Source: Candidatus Babeliales bacterium (GTDB lineage Bacteria > Babelota > Babeliae > Babelales > JANWKD01). From it: DNA of 64,000 nt. The notes beneath the pieces are model-generated. The model made no database searches. It had not been told where the DNA came from and saw only the letters and a list, made by a program, of their open reading frames with translations. Within the stretch, counting starts at the first letter, position 1; each line of letters begins with the position of its first letter. Shown one piece after another: positions 50,990 through 60,770 of this stretch. The position numbers were made by a program, and so were the translations under genes. The stretch is taken from assembly GCA_963762115.1 (NCBI GenBank), contig CAVXJH010000005.1, positions 32,001-96,000 of the forward strand. Direction: 5' to 3'.

Positions 50990-51826
50990 AAAAAATCCTA
51001 ATCCTTGCATCTGCCCCAATTGAGCTCTAGGCACGGTACCAATTGAAAAAAAAGCACAGCCTTCTGCTCGCAATACAGTAAGTGCTGATAACATTAAAAA
51101 TTCTGAAGTGACCGTTGGCGCCTCAGGAATAACCATTGATATATTCAAAACCCATCCATGAAAAGCGTCAATACGATTCAACATCAAAACGCCTATAACT
51201 CGCCCATTATGCTCAGCATAAAACCATCGTTTATGTATTCGATCAGCAAACACATTGACCTGCAAATAATAAATTTGTGGCCCTTTTCGATTCTGCAACC
51301 AACTATCACGAACTTCTTGCATCGCTTCTTCTAATTGCTCATCGTAATCACAATATTCTTTAACCTGAATACCATCACGAATAGATTGATTATATTTATT
51401 ACGCAATAATGAAGCTTTTTTTCCTTTTTTATGTGTTGGATCTATTGTGGGATTAAGAATAACTTCAACACCACATTCAATAGCAGAACTGCAATACCGA
51501 TTCATAGACCATTTCATGAATTGCTCAGAAGTTGCAATATAAATAACATTCTTATCCTGCGCAGAACAAAATGTATGAAATTCTCTCATCAATCCTTCAA
51601 GACTATCATGCGGACAAACTGGATCACCAATAACAACAACATATTTTGATGCCATGCGATAGCCAATAACGCCATCAATTGATTCAGCGCTAAAAACTTT
51701 ACACGCAGGATCAAGCAAAGCAATAGAGGCAGAATTTCCCCAGCGATATACACACTCCGCTACGCTCTGATCTTGTTGAGACAAATAAATGTTTTTTTCT
51801 TTTATACTTGTTATATAGTTTTTCAT
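50807..51826 (-). CDS. stand-alone aminoacyl-phosphatidylglycerol synthase C-terminal (DUF2156) domain protein
   Basis: VVIGDPVCP, LRNKYNQ..R.G, WLQNRKG, F.L.....YWKKFHP. Confidence 0.8.
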   Translation of the reverse strand: MKNYITSIKEKNIYLSQQDQSVAECVYRWGNSASIALLDPACKVFSAESIDGVIGYRMASKYVVVIGDPVCPHDSLEGLMREFHTFCSAQDKNVIYIATSEQFMKWSMNRYCSSAIECGVEVILNPTIDPTHKKGKKASLLRNKYNQSIRDGIQVKEYCDYDEQLEEAMQEVRDSWLQNRKGPQIYYLQVNVFADRIHKRWFYAEHNGRVIGVLMLNRIDAFHGWVLNISMVIPEAPTVTSEFLMLSALTVLRAEGCAFFSIGTVPRAQLGQMQGLGFFSQWFARNVFKVAKKFFRLEDRQRYWKKFHPEMQSTYVLLSKSRIKISEVMGIMRALNART

Positions 51827-52074
51827 CTTATTTTTAGTTTGTCTCGAGCTAATAACAAAAAGCAACCTTTTTTTATTTTTTAAAAATTTATGTCCCAAGC
51901 TCCCCATAAAGTGACGATTCGTTTTAAGCCAAATAATTTTGGCCTATGATCAAAACCATAAGAAATTGCCACAGCAAAACCGGCCGGATGATCTCGTAAT
52001 AAAAAATAATGTTGCATGAATATACAACAGATAAGGCTTACTTTTTTTACTACGTTCCTTTTCATACCATTACT

Positions 52075-53010
52075 TCATAATTTTCTGGCGATCACCATAA
52101 TTGTTTGGGGACGATTTTTTTTGGGAGCATATTTACCAAGGCCATACCGTAGAAAATATAAAAAATAATAATAACTATTTTTTAAACACTTTTTTAGCAA
52201 AGCAATAAAAGCATTTTGAGCGGATACTGCGTTTTGATCGAAATACTTTGTTGAATCTACCATTTCAGGAGTATTTTTGAGCGATTTTAACCATCGCATA
52301 AACGAAAGCTGAGGAACAATTGAATACCGATAGAAACCAACAAGCTTGAAACCCGTCTTTTCTAAAAGCAAAGATATCGTTTGTTCACTAAAAAAAAAGA
52401 GATGATCTGGATATTGAAAACTAGAAAACAGCGGATAATAAGCAGCATCAACATCGCCTATATTGCCCGTTTCAAACATAAGATAACCATTTTCACCCAA
52501 CAAAGCATGCATCGTGCCAAACTCTTTAATGGGATCATGAAAGTGACTAATCACATCACTATGACAAATAACATCGAAAGTAGTACCAGAAAATGAATTA
52601 ATGGCGAGCGGTTTTTGCTCACAGGGAATATGCAATGTTTTTTGCATAAATTCAGCTTGATCAGGATTAAGTTCCAAACCAAAAGGCTCAAATCCAAGGC
52701 GACGCGCTTCATCCAAAAAATATCCTGCACCAGAGCCAATTTCGAGTATTTTACCTTTTTTGATATATTTTTTGAGAATAGCCAGATGATGTCGGGCATA
52801 TAAGCGCTTTAAAAAGCTACCAGCAATATGTGATTGTGCCGTTATGTGTGCATTACCGTGACCATAAATATCAAGCACTTCATCAATCATTGGCCGCGGG
52901 GAAATATAAATTAATGAACAATCAGAACATTTTTTGCCCTGATATCCATCTTCTTCAATGGCCACATAATTACTTTTTTTTGCACAAAAAATGCAGGCTA
53001 TATCTTCCAT
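52075..53010 (-). CDS. class I SAM-dependent methyltransferase
   Basis: CIFC...CSDC zinc site, ILEIGSGAGYF, PDHLFFFS. Confidence 0.88.
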   Translation of the reverse strand: MEDIACIFCAKKSNYVAIEEDGYQGKKCSDCSLIYISPRPMIDEVLDIYGHGNAHITAQSHIAGSFLKRLYARHHLAILKKYIKKGKILEIGSGAGYFLDEARRLGFEPFGLELNPDQAEFMQKTLHIPCEQKPLAINSFSGTTFDVICHSDVISHFHDPIKEFGTMHALLGENGYLMFETGNIGDVDAAYYPLFSSFQYPDHLFFFSEQTISLLLEKTGFKLVGFYRYSIVPQLSFMRWLKSLKNTPEMVDSTKYFDQNAVSAQNAFIALLKKCLKNSYYYFLYFLRYGLGKYAPKKNRPQTIMVIARKL

Positions 53011-53140
53011 AAAACTCTCTCCTTGCCTAAATATATAAGTGCTTAAAAGATATAATTTGCTTAATGAAAAGTCTAGTTCGCATAACTTAAAATGAGATGT
53101 ATAATTTTTTGCAAGACTTAGAAGAGAGGAATGTCATTGC

Positions 53141-54319
53141 TGTATGTGTTCAGAGTTTCGGTGAATAATTTTTTACACAAAGTGGCAATCAAAGTTGAAT
53201 TGTAAGTTTTTTAATTCCTTAAACGGGTATGCCGGTTTCTTTCAACAATTCGGATGGTACTTTGCCATTCAAACCTTGATGCGGCCGATGTTCATTGTGA
53301 TAGAAATTATATCCAAGAACAGCATCTTTTAATTCATCGATTGTGTTAAAGATGGATCCTTCAATAACTTCATCATCAAAAGAACGCCAAAATCTTTCAA
53401 TTTTTCCATTTGTTTGTGGTCTATAAGGCAAAGTTCTTCGATGTTTAATCGCAAAATGAAGTAGCAATCGTTCAAAAGGATGATTTTTTAATTTTTCTGG
53501 CGTTGAACAAAACTCAGCACCATTATCTGTCAGAGCTTCATCAAAGGTGATATTATATCGTTGGTTCATATGTAAAATAATATCCATCATAGCAAAGGCA
53601 ACATCAATTGCCTTTAAAGATTCAATTACTTCGACCCAAACTATTCTCGAAAAATCATCAATTACACCCAATACAAAATATTTCTTTTTAGGTTCAGATT
53701 GTACAATTCCCTTAGGTAGGTAATGGCAATCTATATGAGCTAATGATCCTGCAAATGTTCTCACAATCTTTCTTTTTTCCTCTTGCACTAATTTAGTTAA
53801 TTTAGAAACACCATATTTTCGTAAAGTTCGATACACTGAACTTGCAGAAAAACCCTTTTTAATCAAAGGATTTTTTTTGAGGGCCGCAGCGATAACATAC
53901 CTATTTAAACCTGATTTTCGGTATTCCAAAATTTTTTTTACAAGGCTATCATCTGCAAGTGGAAGTTCCTCAAATTTAGGTTTAGGACCACGCCTTATAG
54001 GCAGTAGAAGTTCGGGAATTCCCTGGGCCGCTTTATAGCGCCCATAAAGTTTATAAAAATTCTGGAAACAGAGCTCCCTGGCTTCAAAAAATTCTCGAAC
54101 AAACCTAAATTGTGGATGCTTTTTTGCCTTAACAAGCTCATATTCTTCTACATATTTTAGCATGTACTTTATTGAATTACTAACCAAAGTAGGATACGAT
54201 GTATTTATACTCACAAAAGAACTCCTGTGTTAAAATTGTTAATATTTGCGTATTCTAATTCTAACTCTGATTTACTTTTGTGGGTATTTTTTTATTCACC
54301 GAAATTATGAACTTTTACA
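53141..54319 (-). mobile_element. IS481-family insertion sequence
   Basis: TGT...ACA ends; 28-bp terminal inverted repeats with 23/28 identity (53141-53168, 54292-54319). Confidence 0.9.
53219..54214 (-). CDS. IS481-family DDE transposase
   Basis: HIDC, VIDDFSR, LTDNGAEF, PYRPQTNGKIERF, HNEHRPHQGL. Confidence 0.95.
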   Translation of the reverse strand: MSINTSYPTLVSNSIKYMLKYVEEYELVKAKKHPQFRFVREFFEARELCFQNFYKLYGRYKAAQGIPELLLPIRRGPKPKFEELPLADDSLVKKILEYRKSGLNRYVIAAALKKNPLIKKGFSASSVYRTLRKYGVSKLTKLVQEEKRKIVRTFAGSLAHIDCHYLPKGIVQSEPKKKYFVLGVIDDFSRIVWVEVIESLKAIDVAFAMMDIILHMNQRYNITFDEALTDNGAEFCSTPEKLKNHPFERLLLHFAIKHRRTLPYRPQTNGKIERFWRSFDDEVIEGSIFNTIDELKDAVLGYNFYHNEHRPHQGLNGKVPSELLKETGIPV

Positions 54320-54400
54320 GCAATGACATTTCTGATTATTCCGTCACCCACACATATTACATAGTATTTTTATTATATTGTTTATATTTATACAAAAAAA

Positions 54401-54437
54401 AGGCGGATGCTTTTTTTAATAAAAAAGCATCCGCCTG
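54401..54437 (-). terminator. intrinsic terminator of the DEAD-box gene
   Basis: AGGCGGATGCTTTTTT/AAAAAAGCATCCGCCT with adjacent A run. Confidence 0.8.
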
Positions 54438-54444
54438 AAAGAAT

Positions 54445-56205
54445 TTATCGACCAAAAGATGCATATTCAGAATAGCTGCTTGATCTGCTTCTGCTACCGC
54501 CTCTACCGCCAAAGCGACTACCGCCTCTTTGTGGCTTTCTGCTCGAAGAACGATCTTGGCTATCACCGCCATTATTGCCACCACCATTGCCTGAACTATA
54601 AGCATTAATGTCAACACGAATACGTCTTCCACCTAAAATTGATCCCTTCAAGCGATCTGCAATTTCTTGCGCGATTTCTTGTGGAACAACAACGAAGGTT
54701 CGACGTTTAATAACTTTTACTTTTTCTAATTGTTGCTCACTAATTGAAGCAACTTCTTTTAAGCAATCAATAATGTCAGATTTGGTAACACCATCATCTG
54801 ATCCAACACTGAGACACAGTTCTTTGACTGAGCTATTTACTTCACCAGAGTCAGCAGCGTTATTAAGCTGCGTTGTTGGCGCAAACTTAATTGCTTGATC
54901 GCTGGCAAGATGTTTAAAGAATTTCTCATCAAGCAACGTAACAAGCGCCTGTGATAAATCTTGCTGAGAAAAAGAGCTTACCAATTGGTTCAAACCAGCT
55001 GCATATGAACTTTGTCGACTTGACGGAGCAATGATACTTTTTACATATTCATCAGCTTCCTGCATGCGAACTTGCGCAATAACATCAGATGAAGGAACAG
55101 CAATCGGATTAATAACTACTTTAAATTTGCGTTGCAAACCACCAACATACCGTGTTTCACTTTGGCTAACAAAGGTAATCGCAATACCATCTTTACCAGC
55201 TCGGCCTGTTCTACCAATACGGTGAACATAACTTTCCTGATCATCTGGTAATGAATAGTTAATTACGTGGGTTAAATCTGAAACGTCAATACCACGTGCA
55301 GCAACATCAGTTGCAACTAAAATAGTAAAATCACGTTGTTTAAACATTTTAATAACACGATTACGTTGCACTTGGCTCATATCACCATGCAATGCATTCG
55401 CTGTATAACCGCGGCGAGAAAGATGTTCTGCAACTTCAGCAGTTAATAATTTTGTCTGACAGAAAACAAAACCGTAGAACTCTGGAACACTGTCAATAAA
55501 TCTGCTAAGCGCAGCAATACGATCACGCATTGGCACTACACAATAAAATTGTTGTGTTTTTGATGTTCCAACATTTTGTTGGCTCACGCGAACAGAAACA
55601 GGATTCTTCATATGCGCACGCATAATATCATTGATTCCTTGTTTTACCGTTGCTGAAAAAAGCCAAATCTGTCTATTTGCAGGTGCACACTTCAAAATTT
55701 CATCAACTTCTTCTTTAAAGCCCATATCAAGCATAATATCTGCTTCATCAAGCACTAAGGTTGTTAATGATTTTAAGTTAAGTATTTTGCGACGCAAATG
55801 ATCATTAAGACGTCCTGGCGTTCCCACGACAATATGAACACCACGTTTTAAAAGACGGATTTGTTCTTCCATTGAAACACCACCATAAATAGGAGCAATT
55901 TCAATATTCATTTCTTGAGCAACACTGCGCAAACTTTGACAAATTTGAACAACTAATTCACGCGTTGGAGCAACAATCAAGCCTTGAACGGTACGATTAT
56001 TAACATCAATGTTTTGAATTAAGGGAATACCAAAAGCAAGGGTTTTACCCGTTCCTGTTTGAGCTTGGCCATGAATATCAATATTCTTGGCATCAAGCAA
56101 TAAGGGAATAGCTTTTGCTTGGATTTCTGTAGGCGTTTCAAAGCCTAATTTTTGTAATGCATTAGCGATTTGTGGCGCTAAAGCAAGTTCTTTAAAAGAT
56201 TTCAT
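54445..56205 (-). CDS. deaD: DEAD-box RNA helicase (DeaD/CshA type) with DbpA-like RNA-binding domain
   Basis: AQTGTGKT, PTREL, TPGR, DEAD, SAT, ARGID, HRIGRTGR; RGG tail. Confidence 0.9.
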   Translation of the reverse strand: MKSFKELALAPQIANALQKLGFETPTEIQAKAIPLLLDAKNIDIHGQAQTGTGKTLAFGIPLIQNIDVNNRTVQGLIVAPTRELVVQICQSLRSVAQEMNIEIAPIYGGVSMEEQIRLLKRGVHIVVGTPGRLNDHLRRKILNLKSLTTLVLDEADIMLDMGFKEEVDEILKCAPANRQIWLFSATVKQGINDIMRAHMKNPVSVRVSQQNVGTSKTQQFYCVVPMRDRIAALSRFIDSVPEFYGFVFCQTKLLTAEVAEHLSRRGYTANALHGDMSQVQRNRVIKMFKQRDFTILVATDVAARGIDVSDLTHVINYSLPDDQESYVHRIGRTGRAGKDGIAITFVSQSETRYVGGLQRKFKVVINPIAVPSSDVIAQVRMQEADEYVKSIIAPSSRQSSYAAGLNQLVSSFSQQDLSQALVTLLDEKFFKHLASDQAIKFAPTTQLNNAADSGEVNSSVKELCLSVGSDDGVTKSDIIDCLKEVASISEQQLEKVKVIKRRTFVVVPQEIAQEIADRLKGSILGGRRIRVDINAYSSGNGGGNNGGDSQDRSSSRKPQRGGSRFGGRGGSRSRSSSYSEYASFGR

Positions 56206-56570
56206 TTGGAATGGTTCCTATCGAAGGTTTGTGATGCTTACCTCACACAAGCAAAAAGAGGTAGAAAATACCTTTTTTGAAGTAAATATTGGCTTCCAGT
56301 TAAGACGGCGCTCTTTAAATCGAGCAAAATTGGGTATCACAAACAGTATAAATTCGCTTTTTCAATTCAACCCCGAAGGGCTCACCGCCTCTTTGGCCCT
56401 CTTAGGATACCTTTAATCCTAAGACAAATTGTCAATTTTGTCAAATAGTTACTACCGTTACGCTTAGTTTGAGTTTACCCTGGGTTGACAAAAAACCTCT
56501 TTTTTATATCCTAGATATAGAGGTTTTATATAGTAATTAATCGTAATTACTCTTAAATGGAGGAATTTTC

Positions 56571-57149
56571 ATGAATTTCAAACGCACTATCACTATTGTA
56601 TTATTAGGCATTTTAGCCTTATTAATGATCCGTTCTGTTCAAGCTGCCGATGTTGTTGCACAAGGCGCAAAAGCCGTTACTGAAACAGCGGTTACAGAAC
56701 CAGGATTTTTTGCATCATTGGCAAGCACCTTGGGCGGTTATGCAACATCAGTAGTAGATTATGCTGAAGGCAAATCAAGCATTACCATTAATCCTGTTAC
56801 CGTTACCAGAAGAACGCTTTCCTTTGTAAAAGATCATCCTTGGATAATTATAGGTACAACTATTGCAAGCGTGTATGGTTATAGTAAATATGCAACTTGG
56901 TATAATCGTCATGCATCATTACTTTCCCAACTAAACAAATTAATTGCACAAGACCTCGGACACCAAGGAACTCGCAATCAAAAACAGGTCACAAACATTG
57001 CAAACGAGTATAGAACTCCTTACGGATTTAAACACGCAAGATTGATAACAAATGTTAACAGTTTTTATAATGGCAATACTAAATTTTCAAACGATGTTTA
57101 CACTACAATAAAAAACATCTGTGAAAATAAAATAGAAAGCTTGCTATAA
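56571..57149 (+). CDS. secreted hypothetical protein
   Basis: GGAGG RBS, signal peptide (VQA-AD), internal TM; TTGACA at 56485-56490 upstream. Confidence 0.75.
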   Translation: MNFKRTITIVLLGILALLMIRSVQAADVVAQGAKAVTETAVTEPGFFASLASTLGGYATSVVDYAEGKSSITINPVTVTRRTLSFVKDHPWIIIGTTIASVYGYSKYATWYNRHASLLSQLNKLIAQDLGHQGTRNQKQVTNIANEYRTPYGFKHARLITNVNSFYNGNTKFSNDVYTTIKNICENKIESLL

Positions 57150-57211
57150 CAACAGATCTGATCAACAATAGGCATAATCAACTTGCAATACAATTTTTAA
57201 TAATAAAAAAC

Positions 57212-58207
57212 ATGAAAAAAAAGTGTATATTTCTCTTTCTTATCAGTTTTATGCACTTTTTTATTATGACCCAACATTGGACCAAAGAAGCAACGTATCT
57301 CTTTGCCCCCGGCTTGTGGTCATCTGAACATCAAGTGGCCAAATATTGCTCAGAATATCGTGCTTCAACCGGTGAATTTGTTACCAGCAACCACAATTTT
57401 GAAGTAATACAGGAAAAAACGACCGTTTCCTGCAATTTCCCCGAAATTAGACTGCGTAAAATATATACTACACAAGAAGTCTCTTTGTTCATGATTCCAG
57501 GCATTGTCCTAAGTTCATTGCTCGAAAAGCTGGGAAAACATATCCTGGAAACCAGTAATAATCGCTATCAAATCACCATTTCTGGCAAGCCAAAACATGG
57601 GTTAAGCATAAATCCCTACTTTCTCAATCTGCTCAAACTCAATTTTGGTCAAAATCTAGATACGCAAATTCTCAAAAATACCTATGAAAAAGCTACTCAA
57701 GACCCTGAATTACCACAAGATATCATCTTATATGGTGTTTCTCGTGGTGCGGTTGCAGCCTTCAATTTTGTAGCAACAGAGTATGCAACCATGCCAAAGA
57801 AAAATATCAAAGCGATCATTCTTGAATCATGCTTTGACTCACTACACAATATGACCTCGTTTAGTTACTTTCTCTCATTGGTCTTACCGCATTATGATCA
57901 CAATGGCATCGCACCAATTCAGCCAAACATGATTCAAAGCTTTGTTGATATCTGTAATGAATATGCCATTCCGGTACTCTTTATAAGCTCTCTTGCTGAT
58001 AATCGCGTTCCCTATAATAATTCTTATAACCTCTATGAACAAACAAAAAAAGCAGGCCTCAACAACGTTCATTTTGTAACCTTGCATAACTCAATTCATT
58101 CAGGGTATAGCCATGATGATCCACAAGACACAAAATTATATTTAAACGCCGTGCATCAATTTTTTAAAATGTATGGCTTGCCTTACCTTGAAACGTTTTT
58201 AGATTAA
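57212..58207 (+). CDS. alpha/beta hydrolase
   Basis: LYGVSRGA nucleophile, AIILES, DNRVP, SIHS. Confidence 0.8.
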   Translation: MKKKCIFLFLISFMHFFIMTQHWTKEATYLFAPGLWSSEHQVAKYCSEYRASTGEFVTSNHNFEVIQEKTTVSCNFPEIRLRKIYTTQEVSLFMIPGIVLSSLLEKLGKHILETSNNRYQITISGKPKHGLSINPYFLNLLKLNFGQNLDTQILKNTYEKATQDPELPQDIILYGVSRGAVAAFNFVATEYATMPKKNIKAIILESCFDSLHNMTSFSYFLSLVLPHYDHNGIAPIQPNMIQSFVDICNEYAIPVLFISSLADNRVPYNNSYNLYEQTKKAGLNNVHFVTLHNSIHSGYSHDDPQDTKLYLNAVHQFFKMYGLPYLETFLD

Positions 58208-58266
58208 CACACATTCAATACGTTAAAACGCCTAAAATCAAAAGCATTGAGCCTAACAAAAAATCT

Positions 58267-58459
58267 TAAAAACCAAAAATGTCATTCCGAGGCACATTGT
58301 GCCGTGGGAACCCAGATTATGATGTTCTATTAAATAAAATCCCTAAAATCAAAAACTTATTGGATCAACAAATACAACTTAATTGGGAGGAATATATAGA
58401 ATTTTATATGCTGGGTTCCCACGGCACAATGTGCCTCGGAATGACATTTTTGGTTTTTA
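58267..58459. repeat. MITE/REP-like element with perfect 49-bp inverted arms
   Basis: 58267-58315 is the exact reverse complement of 58411-58459; 95-nt AT-rich spacer. Confidence 0.9.
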
Positions 58460-58515
58460 CGGTATTTTTCTAGATCAATGGTTCTTTATACTAAAATACT
58501 TTTGCCTAATAAACA

Positions 58516-58590
58516 TCCCCGCAGCAAGCTGCGGAGTATTTTTCTAGGAAACGAAGTAAGCTTCGGGGAATTAACCCGCAAGTGATTAAA
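58516..58590. repeat. palindromic end resembling HUH-transposon (IS200/IS605-type) termini
   Basis: CCGCAGC-AA-GCTGCGG hairpin, CGAAG/CTTCG hairpin and GGGGAATTAACCC...GATTAAA; no transposase adjacent. Confidence 0.45.
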
Positions 58591-58760
58591 CCAATTAAGA
58601 AAAAACAAACGACTCGCCAAGAATCAATTGATTATAATCATCTTCTGGCAAGCACCCGTCCACTCAATCCTTTATACCGTAATACATAGCAATTTTTTAT
58701 ATACCATTTTATGATGTAGGCGATCTCTTACCTTGCAACATCCTAAAAAAAGGAAAAACT

Positions 58761-59375
58761 ATGTATCTACTTTTTTTACTGTTACTCGTCTTGTGCAATC
58801 AAACGCTTTCATCAATCTCACCGGAAGTTGTTGTCGACGAAATAATTACCTTATTACAATCTGGTGCCAACAAAGATTATATCGGTGAAGACATTTCTCA
58901 ATTAGAACATGCATTACAATGTGCACAATTGGCAAAAAATGCCAATGCCGATGAAGAAAGAATTGTTGCTGCATTATTACACGACCTTGGTCACTTAGTT
59001 AATGAAAATGAAGCAACAAGTATGAATGGGTATGGCACAACACATCATGAAAAAATTGGCGCACAGTATGTTCTTGCGCGAGGATTTTCATCCAAAATTG
59101 CTGAACTCATTAAAGGTCACGTTGATGCAAAGCGATACCTTACGTATGCCGATCAACAGTATTATGAAAAATTATCAGATGCCAGCAAAGAAACACTCAA
59201 ACTACAAGGGGGTCCAATGTCGGCACAAGAAGCACATGCTTTTGAACAAGATCCTTTATTTGAACAAAAAATCATGATGCGCTCTTGGGACGAACAAGCA
59301 AAGGTCGTTGATTGGATTGTTCTACCGCTTGCAAGCTACAAAGAAATGTTATTGAATGCTGTGCAAAAAAAATAA
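58761..59375 (+). CDS. PhnZ-like HD-domain protein
   Basis: YIGEDISQLEHALQCA, AALLHDLGH, HEKIGA, HVDAKRYL, LSDAS..TL.LQGGPM, R.WDEQAK. Confidence 0.88.
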   Translation: MYLLFLLLLVLCNQTLSSISPEVVVDEIITLLQSGANKDYIGEDISQLEHALQCAQLAKNANADEERIVAALLHDLGHLVNENEATSMNGYGTTHHEKIGAQYVLARGFSSKIAELIKGHVDAKRYLTYADQQYYEKLSDASKETLKLQGGPMSAQEAHAFEQDPLFEQKIMMRSWDEQAKVVDWIVLPLASYKEMLLNAVQKK

Positions 59376-59471
59376 TCAAAAAATAAATACATGAAACTAT
59401 TTATTTTTTTTAAAAAATCGTGTTAAGAATAAACGAGAAATATTCTCAACATCTAAAAAAAAGGATTTCTT

Positions 59472-59735
59472 ATGATGAAAAAAAGCCTTCTTTCGCTCAC
59501 CGTGCTCAGTGCATTGTTGTTAGTTGCCTCTGTTGACGCAAAATCGCGTTGCTGCGGAGGAGGAGTAGCTCGTCCTACAACAAATACTGCTACACCTGCG
59601 CCAAAACCAGTTCCACCACAAGAAACAAAATCACGTTGTGGCTGTCGTCCTTCAGCACCTGCTGCGACCCCTGCACCAAAACCAGTTCCACCACAACAAT
59701 CAAAACAAGCTCAAGCACCAAGACCTCGTCGATAA
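59472..59735 (+). CDS. small secreted Cys/Pro-rich repeat peptide
   Basis: Signal peptide (VDA-KS); two KSRC...TPAPKPVPPQ units; AAGGA RBS. Confidence 0.75.
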   Translation: MMKKSLLSLTVLSALLLVASVDAKSRCCGGGVARPTTNTATPAPKPVPPQETKSRCGCRPSAPAATPAPKPVPPQQSKQAQAPRPRR

Positions 59736-59748
59736 AAATCATCAATAG

Positions 59749-59776
59749 AGGCCTGTTAACAAAACAGGCCTTCTTT
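59749..59776 (+). terminator. intrinsic terminator
   Basis: AGGCCTGTT-N5-AACAGGCCT followed by TCTTT. Confidence 0.7.
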
Positions 59777-59943
59777 CATACTATTTTTGCCACAATAGAA
59801 CAGTAAAAAAACTTCAACATCTTATCAAAATTAATACAATAAAACCATTGAAAATAAAGGCTTTTTCCTGATATAATTACAAATATAATAGTATATTTTA
59901 ATATATATTCGATTTAAAATCGGAAATTACCGGAGAAAAAGCA

Positions 59944-60711
59944 ATGAAAACAGCAAAAAAACTCTTAAGCCTATTTTTTTTATTGACCACTTTACCTCTT
60001 GCAGCAATGGAGGAGACCAGATCTTTAAAACAAAGATTTGATAGCAATATTAACTGGAATCCAAGCACTGAAAGCATGTATAGCTCAGCAGAAGCAACGC
60101 TTCGTGATAAATTACTTGAAATATATCAACTCATCGAAGATATTTTAACTAAAAAAGCCATGGGTGATAACTCTTTCAGCTGGGATCAAATAAACAACCT
60201 GAAGAGAAACCGCAATAAAATTCGAGAAGCATATGAAGATGAAAAAGGAAAGAGACAAGAAAAAGAAAAAAAAGCAGCTCAACCAAGAATAGAAGCCGAA
60301 CGTAAAAAACAACAAGAAGGAGCCGCAAAACAACGGCGTGAATTCGAAGAACGAGCGAGAGCACCACGAACAACTCCTCTTGATCAACAATCTATGCAAA
60401 ATGTCATGAACGAATATTTTAAAACTAATGGCGATAATCCTACCATCAACGAAGCTCTAGCAATGAAACAAGAAAATATTAAAGGAAGTTTAAACTATTT
60501 CTTACCGTTTAAAAGAAGAAACGATCATTCTTATTATAAAACAAATATAACAACAAACCAGCTCAAGCAATTAATTAATGATATACAAGTTGCTCAAATA
60601 AATGGCTTATTGTCTGAGATTACCCAAAATGACATTAATGATTTACAATCTATGCTAAAAGACTCAGAGGAAGAAGATATATTTTTTGCTTCACGAACTC
60701 GTCGAAAATAA
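59944..60711 (+). CDS. secreted coiled-coil hypothetical protein
   Basis: Signal peptide ending PLAA-MEE; GGAG RBS. Confidence 0.75.
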   Translation: MKTAKKLLSLFFLLTTLPLAAMEETRSLKQRFDSNINWNPSTESMYSSAEATLRDKLLEIYQLIEDILTKKAMGDNSFSWDQINNLKRNRNKIREAYEDEKGKRQEKEKKAAQPRIEAERKKQQEGAAKQRREFEERARAPRTTPLDQQSMQNVMNEYFKTNGDNPTINEALAMKQENIKGSLNYFLPFKRRNDHSYYKTNITTNQLKQLINDIQVAQINGLLSEITQNDINDLQSMLKDSEEEDIFFASRTRRK

Positions 60712-60729
60712 ATCGCTTTAACTATATTT

Positions 60730-60762
60730 TATTGGAGAAAGATCACTGATCTTTCTCCAATA
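60730..60762. terminator. bidirectional terminator
   Basis: TATTGGAGAAAGATCA-C-TGATCTTTCTCCAATA. Confidence 0.8.
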
Positions 60763-60770
60763 TCTTTTCT

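Noticed and set aside
51880..52065. 61-aa ORF between the methyltransferase and DUF2156 genes
   Set aside because: Short, no recognisable motif; could be a gene remnant but cannot be supported
58279..58473. 64-aa ORF
   Set aside because: Coincides with the inverted-repeat element; no RBS or protein motif
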